This document shows, piece after piece, positions 22,179-34,857 of a stretch of DNA of 64,000 bases. Position 1 is the first letter of the stretch. Every line of letters begins with the position of its first letter. A program made the position numbers and the translations under genes. This DNA comes from Takakia lepidozioides (Eukaryota > Plantae > Bryophyta). The stretch spans positions 73,966,001 to 74,030,000 of the forward strand of contig CM060731.1 of NCBI GenBank assembly GCA_030704615.1, given 5' to 3'. The notes under the pieces are model-generated. The model searched no databases, was not told where the DNA came from, and saw nothing but the letters and a program-made list of their open reading frames with translations.

Positions 22179-24189
22179 TGAGGACATCAACCTTGGAGCG
22201 TGGGGGAGGAAATGCATGCTTAGCCTGGCTTAGCTAGCTTAGGAATCCGATTGCAAAAACTTGTATTGTACAAAACGTGCTATAAATGAAATGGCTTCCA
22301 AATGTTGTGCGTCCTATTTTGTTTGGAATCGTGATGCATGGTATGGTTGGCTAGTGTGTAGAATGCATGCTAGCTTATAAAAGTGGGAGAGGTAAATTGG
22401 GTTAATCGTGTGTTTGCGTAGTGCCGAAATCGGGTGACCCCCATCCAAGGGGCAAGGAAACTTACGCCTTCTTTGGGAGTTCACGTGCTAGTGCGCACCT
22501 GGCGCGTGCGCGTACTATAACTGCGATACCGAGGGGGTTGCCTTGTAGTGCGGGCTAACGCGGAAGCTACGTGCTTCCGTTCACGTACTATAATCGTGTA
22601 GCCTCGGGACGAAGTCGTAGTGCGGCTTTGGCGTGTTCCCGTACCTCAGGCCAGCATTCCAAGGCGGACCCAATTGTAGTGATTGGGGCGCACGGTTGGT
22701 TCAAGGTTATCTTCCTAGTCAAAGAGGGTTCCAGGGAACCCTTGCTCAAGGTGATGCCAAAAGCGGCATCATGAGCGGTCGCAAGCAATGTTGTTGCAGT
22801 AAGGCGATTCGATGCTCGGGGAGGATCGCTCCTTGGCCTTGAAGTAGGCCAAGAAGAGTGCACTGGGAGGAGCTGGAGAGGCTCCACCCTTGGCCGGGAC
22901 TTGGAGGAAGTCGGCCGAACTAGCTAGTGGAGAGTACAGTCAAGTGTGGGGTTTGGTTCTTTGCCATGGGACGCCATGGTACGGAAACAAACTCCTTGAT
23001 GTGGGACGCCACAACTTGGATGTTCGTTTCTACAAAATGGACAAGTCGATGAGGACATCGACTCCCTGTTGGTAGGGGTGTGTGTCGCGGCCCTTTGCCT
23101 TGAGGGCAGGGGGTCGGGACACATGAGGGGCTGCCCCTGTGGTGGGGGGCAGCAGCAGCGATAGGTATGGGGGGCTGAAGCACCCTTGAGTGCCCAAAGG
23201 CACTCAAGGAGACGGAGGTGCTCACTAGGTGGAGCCCCGCACACCGGGTTGCGGTGGGGGTGGCTCCACAAGGGGTGGTGGTAGCTTAGCGGGACTTAGT
23301 GGGGGTGGCATAGGACTCACCATGGGGGCGGAGACCTCGTGGTGGGAGTCGTAGGGAGTCTTGGGACTCATCACGGTCCATAGGGGCCGTGGTGAGTGGG
23401 CCAAGACTCACCGCGACTCATCACCGGGAGTCGAGGGTTTTCGTGGTGGTTCGCCATAAAATGGCATGGCTGGTTGTGAAACCCCCGCGGACAACTACAG
23501 AAGTATATATAAGGGGAGTAGTGACCCCGAGAACGGTGCAAGCCCGTTGGTGACCAAAAACTAGTGAGTAAGCGAGCGAGCCGGAAAGCGACCAAAGAGT
23601 GGGGAGCTGTTCCGGACTGCCATCTACCAAAGGGAATTCCACTAGGCCCAAATAGGTGGAGGGTTTAGTGGGAGAGCAAAGGGGAACCGTTATGTCCCGG
23701 TGAGCAGCCGAAGCTCCAAGTTGGCCCGGCGGCCAAGTTTGGGAGTCAGGCGCGCGCATCAAAGCGAGTAAGTATGACTTGAAGGGGAGCTTACCGAAAT
23801 GAGGTGCGTGACAACCCGCCTCATAATGGAAGGGTAAATCTAGCAAAGGTAATAAGTATCTCATTCACTTGGTCATTTGTCTTATTGGTTCTGGCTTCCT
23901 AGTAATCATTACATATATCATTTTCATTGTCGACACAACTTTACACAAAGTAACCTCGCGCAATCACGCGTGGTTGCAGGAAACTCATAGACTCCCGATT
24001 GTTCTTTTTTGTCTCAAGGCTCAATTGGGTGTCGTAATGCTGAGTTAGGACCTCATTCGCAAAATATTATATCTGAAAATCAGGGTATAGAAACTAGGTA
24101 AACCACAAAACGCAAGTATGTCGTAGCATTTTTTGAGTTGCAAGATATATTAGAAATACCTAATTTTTGGGTCCGTTCCTCCAGAAATT

Positions 24190-24620
24190 ATGAAACAATT
24201 TCGTTTCATATGGTCTGTAGAGCATTGCACAGATACAGCTGGACATATTAAGCCTGGAATGAAATATCTTATTAAAGATATTAAGAGTATTCTCGTAAAA
24301 TTTAGTGGGAAAGAATTTGCTAGGCAGGGGCAAATTGTACTGGTCGACGATGACCCATCCAAGGCACTCCGAAACCCAGTGAATACTGGAGTCTTCCCCA
24401 TCACATTCAAGGAATCAAGCAATTTGGAGGATTTCACCAAAGCATTGTGGCATTTTCTCTCGGGCTTGATTGGAGCCCAGTGCATTGTTGATTATGCCGG
24501 CAAGAACTTCTGCAAATCTTCCGGCCCACCGATAGATCGAAATCACGTCTACTGGTCCTGGTTTGGAAGATTTTGGATGCTTCTGTTTGACACCTCCCTA
24601 AAAAAGATCCCGATTATCTG
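24190..24620 (+). pseudogene. Fragment resembling the C-terminal half of an FCP1-homology (NIF/HAD) phosphatase domain
   Basis: FRFIWSVEHC...LIKDIKSI...IVLVDDDPSKALRNPVNTGVFP fits the plant FCP1-homology pattern (W..C, KDL, LIDDSPxK..NP..T.IFP). The N-terminal DxDxT motif is not seen. Confidence 0.6.
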
Positions 24621-27401
24621 GGTATGTAGTTTAACATTGCCCTATTTTGTGTGTAGTCCATCAGTTTTACTTCAACCTCCATTTGTACTTATACATATGT
24701 TGACTTCACATGACTTTTGTGAGATCAATGATATTTCAATGATCTTTGTATTTTCTTTAACAATTGTTCAGAATCAAATTCGACAGGAAAAGAATGAGGA
24801 ACGGCAGTGAAAGGCTGAGCGGAGGGACCGCGAGGCTTTATGTTTGTCAAGGTCATCAAGTACAGCTACCAGTGAGGTGTCTGGTCATATCTTACATCAA
24901 TCTCACACTGTATTCATCTCCGCAGGTGCACAAAATTCCGCCATCAGTGGTAACCGACGACGAGCTCGAACATATGCGTTGAATGTGAGCCGTTTGGGAA
25001 GCAACTCTCGTGTTATTGATGAATTAAACTATAGCCAGCTTGTTCATTACACACATACATTATTTAACACTGTCAATGTTATGCCAGATTCTTTCGGCTG
25101 TAATGTTAGTCATCGAAGTTTGAGAGAAATCATGCGCGATCGCACGTGGTCTTTTCATATATCATCTTGGGAGCTGGCATGGATCAGCAGTGCCATCAGA
25201 TGTTATCAAAACAAGTTGACTTCATTGTCAGTTTAGGTAATAACAGATCAGGCTAGAGGCTGGAGGAGGCTGGAGGAGAAGAAATTTTCCGATGTTTTCA
25301 TATTACGATGGGGAACAAGTGACACGATCATCGTCTATGACTGAATTTGGGTTCCTAACTCGTAATTCAAGCTCCCACGATGGTCGTCTCATTTGTTCAT
25401 GAGCGGATTGTAAAGCTCTGTTAAAATCTATCTTCAAATGGATTTTGGTGGCTTCGAAATTTCTTCCCTGACGAACTGATGGCACCATTGTGGTTGATTG
25501 AAATCTGGATGCACTCGGCTCGTTGTGGTTCTCAATGGTGGTAGAGGCAGAGATCTGTTGGGCGATCACTCGTGGTTTGAAAAGCGGACTTCAGCATCGT
25601 TCTGGTTCTCCAGCCAACTGCCAAAGTGTTATATTACCTCAATAGTGCCACATGTGATTGGTCGGAGTGATGTTTTTTTATATGCTCACGCAATCAACAA
25701 CGAAAATACTGTCATTTGAAGCTGTGATGATTTTACAGGCATAGTGAGTTACTTCAGGTCAATTACAGCGAGGGAACTCAAGGTATTTGGATAATCCGTC
25801 CCGAAATATTTCACACCATCATCCTGGATGATTCATTGATGTGTTTCAGAACACGCACTCAAATCATCCGGGCTGACGGTGTCACTTGTTCCTTGGCGGA
25901 TTGTTCAAGTATCTTACAATCCTAGTCCTTAAGTTGTTTGAAGTCATTCTCCCTGCTTGCATAATCCGATCTCTAACAATTGACAACATCCTCGTGGTGT
26001 ATTTTTTGGTTCATATATCCTTCGTTTGGAGATCCATTATTCTTTTGAGGAACACCAACGATTAACACCGCGCGATCACGCATGTTTTTCTAAGAGCTGA
26101 CCTGTTCTGATGTCCATCATTGCACACCAAAATGGTGTTATGAGGACACATAATGTCAGCAATTGAACGTCAATCTCCAGCGTCATTCTCGTCATTTTCA
26201 TGTGGACTGGACGCCAAAAAAAGAACACCGTCGCTAACAATCTGTGCAAACAATCTCAACAATCATATGTACTTCAAGGTATTTGATACTGCGTATGTTC
26301 ATGTAGCTGATTTCTATAGGAGTCTTTTTGTTATTCTCATTCCAACAACATCAGGTCCATTGAAATTGTCATATTCCAAAATCGGAATCAGGCACCACCT
26401 ACATGAAACCATCAGCTAAGAATGAAATCTCCAGTTCATTCAATCACAGCCCGGAGAAATATCTCAAGCTGCTGGCCAACTACTTGTGGGCTAGGGTGTT
26501 TCTCTGGAGTCACATACAATGAATCGAAGATCTAGTTCTCAGCTGACATGCAGCTGATGGTTTTATATTGGTCAATGATGATGGGCCGTGGTTGATACGG
26601 GAGTCTGAATATGATAGTCTTTGGGGACTTGATAGCAAAACGACTACTATACAATTCAGCTACAAGAACAACAATAGCATCAAACACCTAGCAGTAAATA
26701 GGATTTTTGACATTGCTTGTGACAGCTCCAATGAGTTAGTTGGTGGTTAATCAGTTGAAGATTATTTAGTTGGGGAACAGTTTACGAGTGCTTTACAGTA
26801 AATCGTCAGAAGTACCACAGCTCGTTACAGATGAACCTAGACTGGTCACTCGACACTATTTCCTTGAAGATTTCGCAGAAAACGTTACTATCTCCATTAA
26901 CGTACTCGCCATCGAGCCACTCTCCAGAAGCATACGAGCAGCATACTTACTCCCCAATTGGATACTTTCAGCATCTTACTCCAGGGTCAGTTACTTGGAC
27001 ATTATGTTTTGAAGAGCATACGAGTAATTCATCATCTTCGCGATTCACTGAAAGTCCGCAAGACCACCAATTCTTCGAGAAGTACAGCTGAACTTTGGTC
27101 GCACAATACATTGTTGGTTGGCGTAATATTGGAGGATATTTTTTGTGAGGTAATCACCATATCCACGATACTCGAGGCACATTTTTGGGGCTTCTTCCAT
27201 CTTCTGTTGACAAAAACCTTCGGAACAACGGAAGAAAACAGATTTGAAAATGGTCCCTCCAACCTTGTCAAAATATCATGATTTTGGGAAATGGCTTTCC
27301 TCAAAATATTTTCATCATAAGTACGTCGGCCGACATCGTCTTGTGTTACTGGAGTTCAACCCTCATTCTAGAAGTTGATACTCTCATTGACATGGTTTAG
27401 G

Positions 27402-28292
27402 TGTCGCGGCTCTTTGCCTTGAGGGCAGGGGGGTCGGGACACAAGAGAGGTTGCCCCTGTGGTGGGGGCAGTGGCAACAATAGATACGGGGGCTGAAGCA
27501 CCCTTGAGTGCCCAAGGCACTCAAGGAGACGAAGGCGCTCACTAGGTGGAGCCCCGCACACCGGGTTGTTGTCGCGGCCCTTTGCCTTGAGGGCAGGGGG
27601 TCGGGACACATGAGGGGCTGCCCCTGTGGTGGGGGTAGTAGCAATAATAGGTATGGGGGCTGAAGCACCCTTCAGTGCCCAAGGCACTCAAGAAGGCAGA
27701 GGCACTCACTAGGTGGAGCCCTGCACACCGAGTTGCGGTGGGGGTGGTTCCACGGGTGGTGGTAGCTTAGTGCGTCTTAGTGGGGGTGGCATAGGACTCA
27801 CCATGGGGCGGAGACCTTGTGGTGGGAGTTGTGGAGAGTCTTGGGACTCATCATGGTCCATTGTGGCCGTGGTGGGTGGGCCAAGGCTCACCGCGACTCA
27901 TCACCGGGAGTCAAGGGTCTTTGTGGTGGTTCGCCATAAAATGACGGTGTTGTTTGTGAAACCGCCGCGGACAGCCACAGAAGTATATATAGGGAGTAGT
28001 AACCCCAAGAACGATGCAAACCCGTTGGTGACCAAAAACTAGTGAGTAAACGTGCAAGCCAGAAAGTGACCAAGGTGTGGGGAGCTGTTCCGGACTGCCA
28101 ACAACCAAAGGGAATTTCCACTAGGCCCAAAGTGAGCGAGGGTCTTGTGGAGGAGCAAAGGAGGACCGTTATGTCTCGGTGAGCAGCCAAAGCTCCGAGT
28201 TGGCCTGGCGGCCAGTTTGGGAGTTAGGCGCGCGCATCAAAAGCGAGTAACTATGACGTGAATGGGAGCTTACCGAAGGGAGGTGCGCGACA
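27402..28292 (+). mobile_element. Solo LTR (chromovirus family) with its first ~168 bp duplicated in tandem
   Basis: Partial LTR 27402-27568 followed by a full LTR 27570-28292. Flanks TTAGG / TTACG (4/5 TSD match). Confidence 0.9.
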
Positions 28293-28578
28293 TTACGTTA
28301 CTTGTATTGGTCCATGCTGCATGGGGCGAGATTTACTCAAATTGACATGGTTCTGAAATAAAACCTGGTTGTTTATCATCAATGTCTCCTCATTGTCTTT
28401 CATTTCATGTCATGGTATTGTGTCATTGTGCCATGTTTTGCTCAGATATTTGAATGATTTATCTTATACGTTACATAGTAACGGCCTGCACAAGCTCAGT
28501 CGCGGTTACGAATATGACTGTTGCTCCCAATCATCCATCAGGCCGCGGATCATGAAACGAGTTATCACCCGACACCCG

Positions 28579-28793
28579 TTTTTTTAAATTTATTTTTTAA
28601 TGTAATGGAAACACCTGGAAGCGACAGCTCACAAATCAGGCCTCCTTAATAGTATAACCTCTTTTACAGTAACCCCGCCATGTGGCGTTGGAATGGGACA
28701 CCACCTAGGAACATACCACACCCGTCAGTAGCAAGATTTGACCCCATAATCATTTGGGTGGCACTCAGTGCACTTCACCAACTGAGCTACTGA
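28579..28793 (-). mobile_element. tRNA-derived SINE, copy 1
   Basis: On the minus strand: A-box TAGCTCAGTTGG, B-box-like GGTCAAATCT, body shared with 63223-63484, A-rich tail. Confidence 0.85.
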
Positions 28794-29081
28794 GTGTTGG
28801 TATCTCATTCAACTCTTACTAAACGTCGAGTGAACAGTGGAACTTGTTTTATGAGTCAAATAGAAACTGTTTTTCCTCATGAAGTTTATATATAATGTTT
28901 CTTTACTGTTAATATTATATATTAATAGACAAACAATTATTTATATATTTATATTTATATTTCAAATGATCCATTTAAATTCATTTAAATGATTTAAAAA
29001 ATACATATTAAGATATTTCTCCTTATTTCTGGACCAAACTTTAATCCAGATTTACTTAAAATAAGACTAAGTATTAAAATA

Positions 29082-30070
29082 TTGAAATCCCTGGGGGCGG
29101 ATGGATTGCCGATGGAATTCTATAACGCCATCTGGTCGACAATTTCTGAGGACTTTAATGATATCATTTCTAAGAAGATTATGCCCTCTCAGGGAGATAG
29201 AGACAACATAGCTAATTACCGTCCTATAACTCTTCTAAACTCGGCGTACAAGATAATTGCCAAGGCCTTGGCTATACGTCCCCAGAGGTTTTTATCATCC
29301 CTGATTCGTCCCGCTCAGATTGGCTTTGTGAAAAACCGTCTGATTCTTGACAATATTCTACTAGCCAACGAGGCTCTTCATTTTGTTACTGATTCTGACT
29401 AGCCTCTTGCTTTATTGATGCTAGACTTTGAAAAGGCTTTTGACAAGATCAATTGGGGCTTTCTCCTTAAGGCCATTCTAGAATCTGGTATTAATGAGAG
29501 CTTCTTGGAGTGGATCAAGATACTTCTTTTTTCTGGCTCTAGCAAGGTACTTACTAATGGATGGCTGTCTTCGGCCTTTCCACTTCAGTGCTCGGTAAGA
29601 CAGGGCTGCCCTCTTTCCCCCTTCCTTTTCTTGATTTCTGCGGACTGTCTTGGTTACTTGATGGATGCTCAAGCTGACCTGACTGGACTTATTATCCCGG
29701 TTCCCTGGGTCCTCCCCTTACAATTTGAAGGTCTCCATGTACGCTGATGACTCGGTGCTATATTTGCGTAACTTAAATAAAAACAACATTGACCTGGGGC
29801 TTCAATCCTTGAGTTTTTTTGGCCTTGCTTCAGGGTTTAAAGTCAATTGGGGTAAGTCGGTGGGGATTCTTTCTTCGGACTCCGGCGGGGCAAATCATCT
29901 TCCCCCCTGGGGAATGGATCAGGGGCTTCGCTGGTTAGCAGATGGGAATCCCATACCTTGCTGGGCCACCTTATTGGCCATAACCTCAGCCCAGAGATTC
30001 GTTTGGTTAAGTTAATCAATCTTTTAAAGCAACGTCTTTGTTTTTGGAACTCGGCTCATCTCTCTCTGCA
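29082..30070 (+). mobile_element. L1/Tx1-type LINE reverse transcriptase fragment
   Basis: KSLGADGLPMEFY, NYRPITLLN, QIGFV, LDFEKAFD, VRQGCPLSP, YADD; disrupted by stops and a frameshift. Confidence 0.92.
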
Positions 30071-30071
30071 T

Positions 30072-30320
30072 GACTACAAGAGATCCTGGCTTTTTTTACA
30101 CCTGCAGGTGTAAAAAAAAACCATATGTTCACACCCCCCTGGGTATAAGGTAAACCATGTTGATTCCACCACCATGGCAAAAAAAAGCCAAGGGTGTCGA
30201 AAAAGCCATTTTACACCCGTTTACACCCAGACGTGGCGCACGTCTGGTATAAAAAAATTCACATGGTTTTTCTTACGCCCGTTTCGACTGAAGATTTTGA
30301 CAGCTTATCTTACACCCTTC
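30072..30320 (+). mobile_element. Possible CACTA (En/Spm) left end truncating the LINE fragment
   Basis: GACTACAAGA (one mismatch to CACTACAAGA) followed by TTTACACC/GGTGTAAA subterminal repeats in both orientations. No matching end with a TSD was found. Confidence 0.5.
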
Positions 30321-30328
30321 TGGCGTGT

Positions 30329-30474
30329 TATTTGGGGTGAATGACATCTACAAATTGCTCGGACCACATAACTTATGATTCGTTGTCATGTCATTCTTCC
30401 ATGTGACCAGAAATCCATGCTGGGTAAATGCTAGGTCTTTTGTTTGCAATGCAGGGGTTGGGTTCATTTGCAAA

Positions 30475-30512
<38 letters not shown>

Positions 30513-31050
30513 CCCGAATGTGCCATATATTTGGCTAGTCTTTTGGTGTGCTATTTGGGGTGAATGACATCTACAAATTGTTCGGACCATATAACTTATG
30601 ATTCATTGTCGTGCCCTTCTTCCATGTGACCAGAAATCCATGCTGGGTAAACGCCAAGTCTTTTGTTGCAAAGCAAGGGCTGGGTTCATTTGCAAGTTTT
30701 CATAAAATAATAATAATAATAATAATTATTATTATTAATTTTCCCCGAATGTGCCAGATTAAGGTGTTGTCAACGACACCTTAATCTTGCTGGTCTTGTG
30801 TTGTGCTATTTGGGGTGAATGACATCTACAAATTGCTCGGCTTACGATTCATTGTCATGTCCTTCTTCCAGGTGCCCAAAAATCCATGTTGGGTAAATGC
30901 TAGGTCTCTTGCTTGCAAAGCAGGGGTTGGGTTCATTTGCAAGTTTTTCAAAAAACAAAAAAACAAAAATATATATATATATATATATTGTTTTTTCTTC
31001 TGAATGTGCCAGATGAAGGTGGCGTTGACGCCAGATTGATCTGGCTGGTC
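30329..31050 (+). repeat. Three tandem ~225-255 bp units
   Basis: Units start TATTTGGGGTGAATGACATCTACAAATTG at 30329, 30552 and 30807, each with an AT-rich microsatellite. Confidence 0.9.
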
Positions 31051-32295
31051 TTCTGGGCCGGAATTAAGCTTCCGTTAAATTAAAATACACTTATTTAAAC
31101 TCAACAACACATAGATCCATGCGCACATGCTAATCGGTAAGGATACATGTTGTTGCAGTCATCCATGGTTCACTCATCTACGCAATTTTTACTCATCCAA
31201 TGTTCATCCATTCCTTTTAACATTCATCACAGATACATTCATCCGTCAGTTTTTCATCGCACATTCGTGCCACATTGTCGTCATGGAGCCTGTCTGTCTT
31301 CGATCCGATGGAGAGAAGATTGCGTCGTTTATCTGTTAGATTTTGTAACATAATTGGAGTAAGGGACTTGGCCCTCCCTTGCTATTATAATAAAGAATGT
31401 AATATGAGAGTTTTTTTAACATTTTTACTCATTAAACTAAATTCTATGTACTTTATCAACCTACCAATAACAACCATTTTCATAAAATCATTTACAATAT
31501 AAAAACCAAAATACCCCATGAGTTGTCTTCATTAAATACACCTATTTATTATAGATGAAGGGTAGCCCAAGGTCAAATTTTCAAAAACATGTACTTTTGT
31601 GATTATGGTCAAGTTTGGATTACGTCACCAACGACACGTGACGGCATATATCCTCCATAACATCTTTCTTTTTCCCATTTGAAATGACAGTATCCCAACA
31701 ATAGACGTTCCACATGATATAGTACAAGTGAATCCATGTTTTAGTTTTTCTTTCACGATTTTTTTTTTTAATCTTATATACTTTTATGTAGGCCACATCT
31801 TCAACTTTTTGGTCCACTCTTCGTTGCAACTACCCTGAGATTCCCTTAGACATTTTAGCAACCAGTTATCAAGCATACACGTCGTATTGAACACCTATAT
31901 TTGCATGTTTTTTAAGATCACGACTAAGTGATAAGATCTACTTCACGAGCCCAAATCACAAACCTTGATAAGAAAATCATTACCATATGAGAGAAAAAAT
32001 TGAACTTGTTTTTCGAATATTGAGAAGCGACACATTCAGTCCCATAGTAACATCCTCCTGTACATGTTTCTCGAGACATTCATACACAAGGAGTCTATCA
32101 CATCTTCCCATCAATGAAAAGAGAGTAAATTCCATTGTAGATTCCATGTTAATAACACTTACATAGGAATCACTGCCGCAGATGGAATATTGGCGCAGTT
32201 CCTTATAAGCTATGGGATAACATTTAAAACCTATGAACAACTAGTCTTATAAGGTAGACATTTCAATTTTTTGCTCACACGATACCTAGGGCAAC

Positions 32296-32470
32296 ATGTT
32301 TTAGTTTTTGTTCATGCTGGATGTAACAATGTATTTCACTTTTTGCTCATGTTGGATGTCGCAATGTGTTTCAGATTTCGCTCATGTTGGATATGGTAGT
32401 GTGTTTCAGATTTCACTCATGCTGGATGTGATACTGTGTTTTAGTTTTTGCTCATACCAAGTATGCCAAT
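32296..32470 (+). repeat. ~35-bp minisatellite, five degenerate copies
   Basis: Recurring TGTTT(T/C)AG.TTT.GCTCATG.TGGAT. Confidence 0.75.
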
Positions 32471-34857
32471 GTCTCTTAAAATCATCCTTAAGGCATTTAT
32501 CCTTGTCTGTCATTAGCAATATCTGAAACCAAGACTTGCGATGAACCCTTGAAATTGTAAAAATCATGATACTACATGGCCACTCTATTTTTTTATTGCA
32601 CCATTGGCATTTACTACATACACTCTACCCCCGACAAACAATAGATCACAGGTAGAACCACATCACAATTATATATAAATATATTTCAATGACCAGAGAG
32701 TAGTGCAACATTTACAGTACCAAGATTAATGTCAATGTTGATGGGCCCAATGATAGTCAAATGTACCAAAGAGACTTTGCAAACACATTGGATCAGCTAC
32801 AACATCAGTAACTTTCTACACTACTATTCTTACATTCTCAACAAACTGGACACCATTTATCAACTTCGGGGGATTTACGATACTAACTTTAGACACTTCT
32901 AGGGCCTATTTCACGACCAAATTTAGGTGGTCATTTTGTTGACAAGCATCAAACTCCACTATAGCCTTTCCCTTGAAAGCCTTAGGAAAAACTTTTGCAA
33001 GCAAATGCTGATATTGGTTAAAGCTCGTCGTGTTATAACTTCTCAAGACCCGTTACAATCATGGCAACTGTTTTTTTTGCTTGTTCCGACAAATTCTCCA
33101 CATTGATATGTACTCCAACATAACATGAATGAAAAATTAGGGGAGAAAAATGGATATTTGGATCATTTTGATGTTGGAATCCCATCACAATGACATTAAA
33201 TGACATCATTTACATATGGAATCGGAGCTCCCTTATGATCAATAGTCAACCATTCTTCAATTTTGGAAAGGCTAGCTCTTTTTGTCACCCCATAGAAGCT
33301 TTCTGACGACGAGTTGTCATCATTTTTAAGCACTTTTTTGTTGGAATCGCAACGATTTTTCCACTACATGTCACCACAAAACCGCCCTACATGAGTGCCC
33401 ACTTCAAATACAGAAAGGGCTGTCCAACTCATTTACACATTTAGGTGTTAATACATAATCTTTGTCCATTCAGAGGCAAAGTACTTCGTCGCTTACTTAT
33501 GCTTGAGCTGGCCACCCTAGTGGTGATGGCTCACCATCAACGGGCATGATTTCCATGGGAATCTTAGCGTTAGACCCTGATTGAGCAGTGTCAGTGTTGT
33601 TGAAAGGGGTCTTTGATATCTGAACCGATGTGTCAAAACATTGACAAAGTGCAAGAATAAAAATTTGTAGAGAACAATGTTGTTTCCAACCTCTCTATTA
33701 TGAAGTATGTCAGTTTACATATTAGAATAAATCAAGTCTTATGGAACTAAGTAGGGTTATGACCATACTATAGGAGGCTGAGTTGTCACCACGTATTTAT
33801 GGTTCTTGTAGTGTTTGTGCTCTTGTTGTAAATGTCATATTTTTTCTATCTCATGATAAATGTGCTCCCGTTTTGCAAGAAAAAGAGACCAGCTCCAACG
33901 TTGGCTCACACACATGGATAAATTTCTTGACAGTTCTAGCTTCAATGTCATGGTGTAAACTATTCTCAAAATGCTTTTGATCTCTAGATCTTGTGCATTT
34001 TGGAACCACTTTCGGACAGCCTTGACATTCTGATTATAGACCCTCCACTGACTTGGATGATACATGCGCATGTAATCTCTTCTATGACAGGCCAGGGTCA
34101 CCGGTACTTGTAACGAGCTTTCAAATCTGGTCTCGACTAACTCCCACCATGTCTTCCAGACCTGTCCCTTGAAATGTAAATCCTCCATACACCATAATTT
34201 TTGCTCTTTTCATTGCATATGTTTCATTCACTCTCAAGATTTGCTTGTATTGCATGTTTATTTTGTCTTGTCTCACATATCAAGATTTCTCTTGTCTCCA
34301 TTTCAAACAAGATTTTTCAAGCCTGTTTTGGGGTTTCATTTTGCAATGTCCCCACAAATATATGATAATCTATGTTTTCATCTAACAAATAAGGGGGGTT
34401 AACCTTATGCCGGGTGGTTACTGATACTAGTTCTTGGTAGAGGCTGGAAGGGCTGAGGGCGATTGCAAGATTACCTATACACAACCTCAACAAATTGTTG
34501 CTCAGGTTTGCCATTGTTAACTCAACGTGCTATTTTTAATGTTAGGACTGATTTCTTCTGGATAGTGCGGATTCAAGATAATTACCCTTCACTCTGTAAC
34601 CTGCCGATAGTTGCATTGATTAGAGAGAGAGGTATTGTCATGACCAATTGCTTATTCCTTTATACATATGCAATATATATGGCTTTGGCCCATTTGTCAA
34701 ACATAAATAAATGTTAGAAAGAATGCAATGAAATGAGCAAAGAATTATGAATTAAAGAAAGAATTAAGAAAGAATTAAATGAACAAGGTCTACTGAAAAT
34801 GCCAGTTACATCAAACCTCAACTAGGAATTGTTACTTTATTTGCACATTATCATAAG

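Larger units (their letters stand above)
17970..23813 (+). mobile_element. Chromovirus (Ty3/gypsy) LTR retrotransposon with both LTRs
   Basis: LTRs 17970-18701 and 23083-23813 (TGTCGC...GACA; roughly 15 substitutions by eye). TSD ACCCG (17965-17969 / 23814-23818), tRNA-iMet PBS TGGTATCAGAGC (18704-18715), purine-rich tract before the 3' LTR. Confidence 0.97.

Noticed and set aside
26095-26400. Minus-strand decayed frame ending ...ILVCNDGHQNR, reminiscent of a ParB-like DGxHR motif
   Set aside because: Several stops and an inexact motif; not supportable without a profile search.
32296-32470. CRISPR-like periodicity (also considered for 30329-31050)
   Set aside because: Contiguous degenerate tandem units without unique spacers, eukaryotic context, no cas genes.
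33804-33813. TCTTGTAGTG as the right TIR partner of 30072
   Set aside because: No matching 3-bp TSD (CAT vs TTT) and no subterminal repeats nearby; likely chance.
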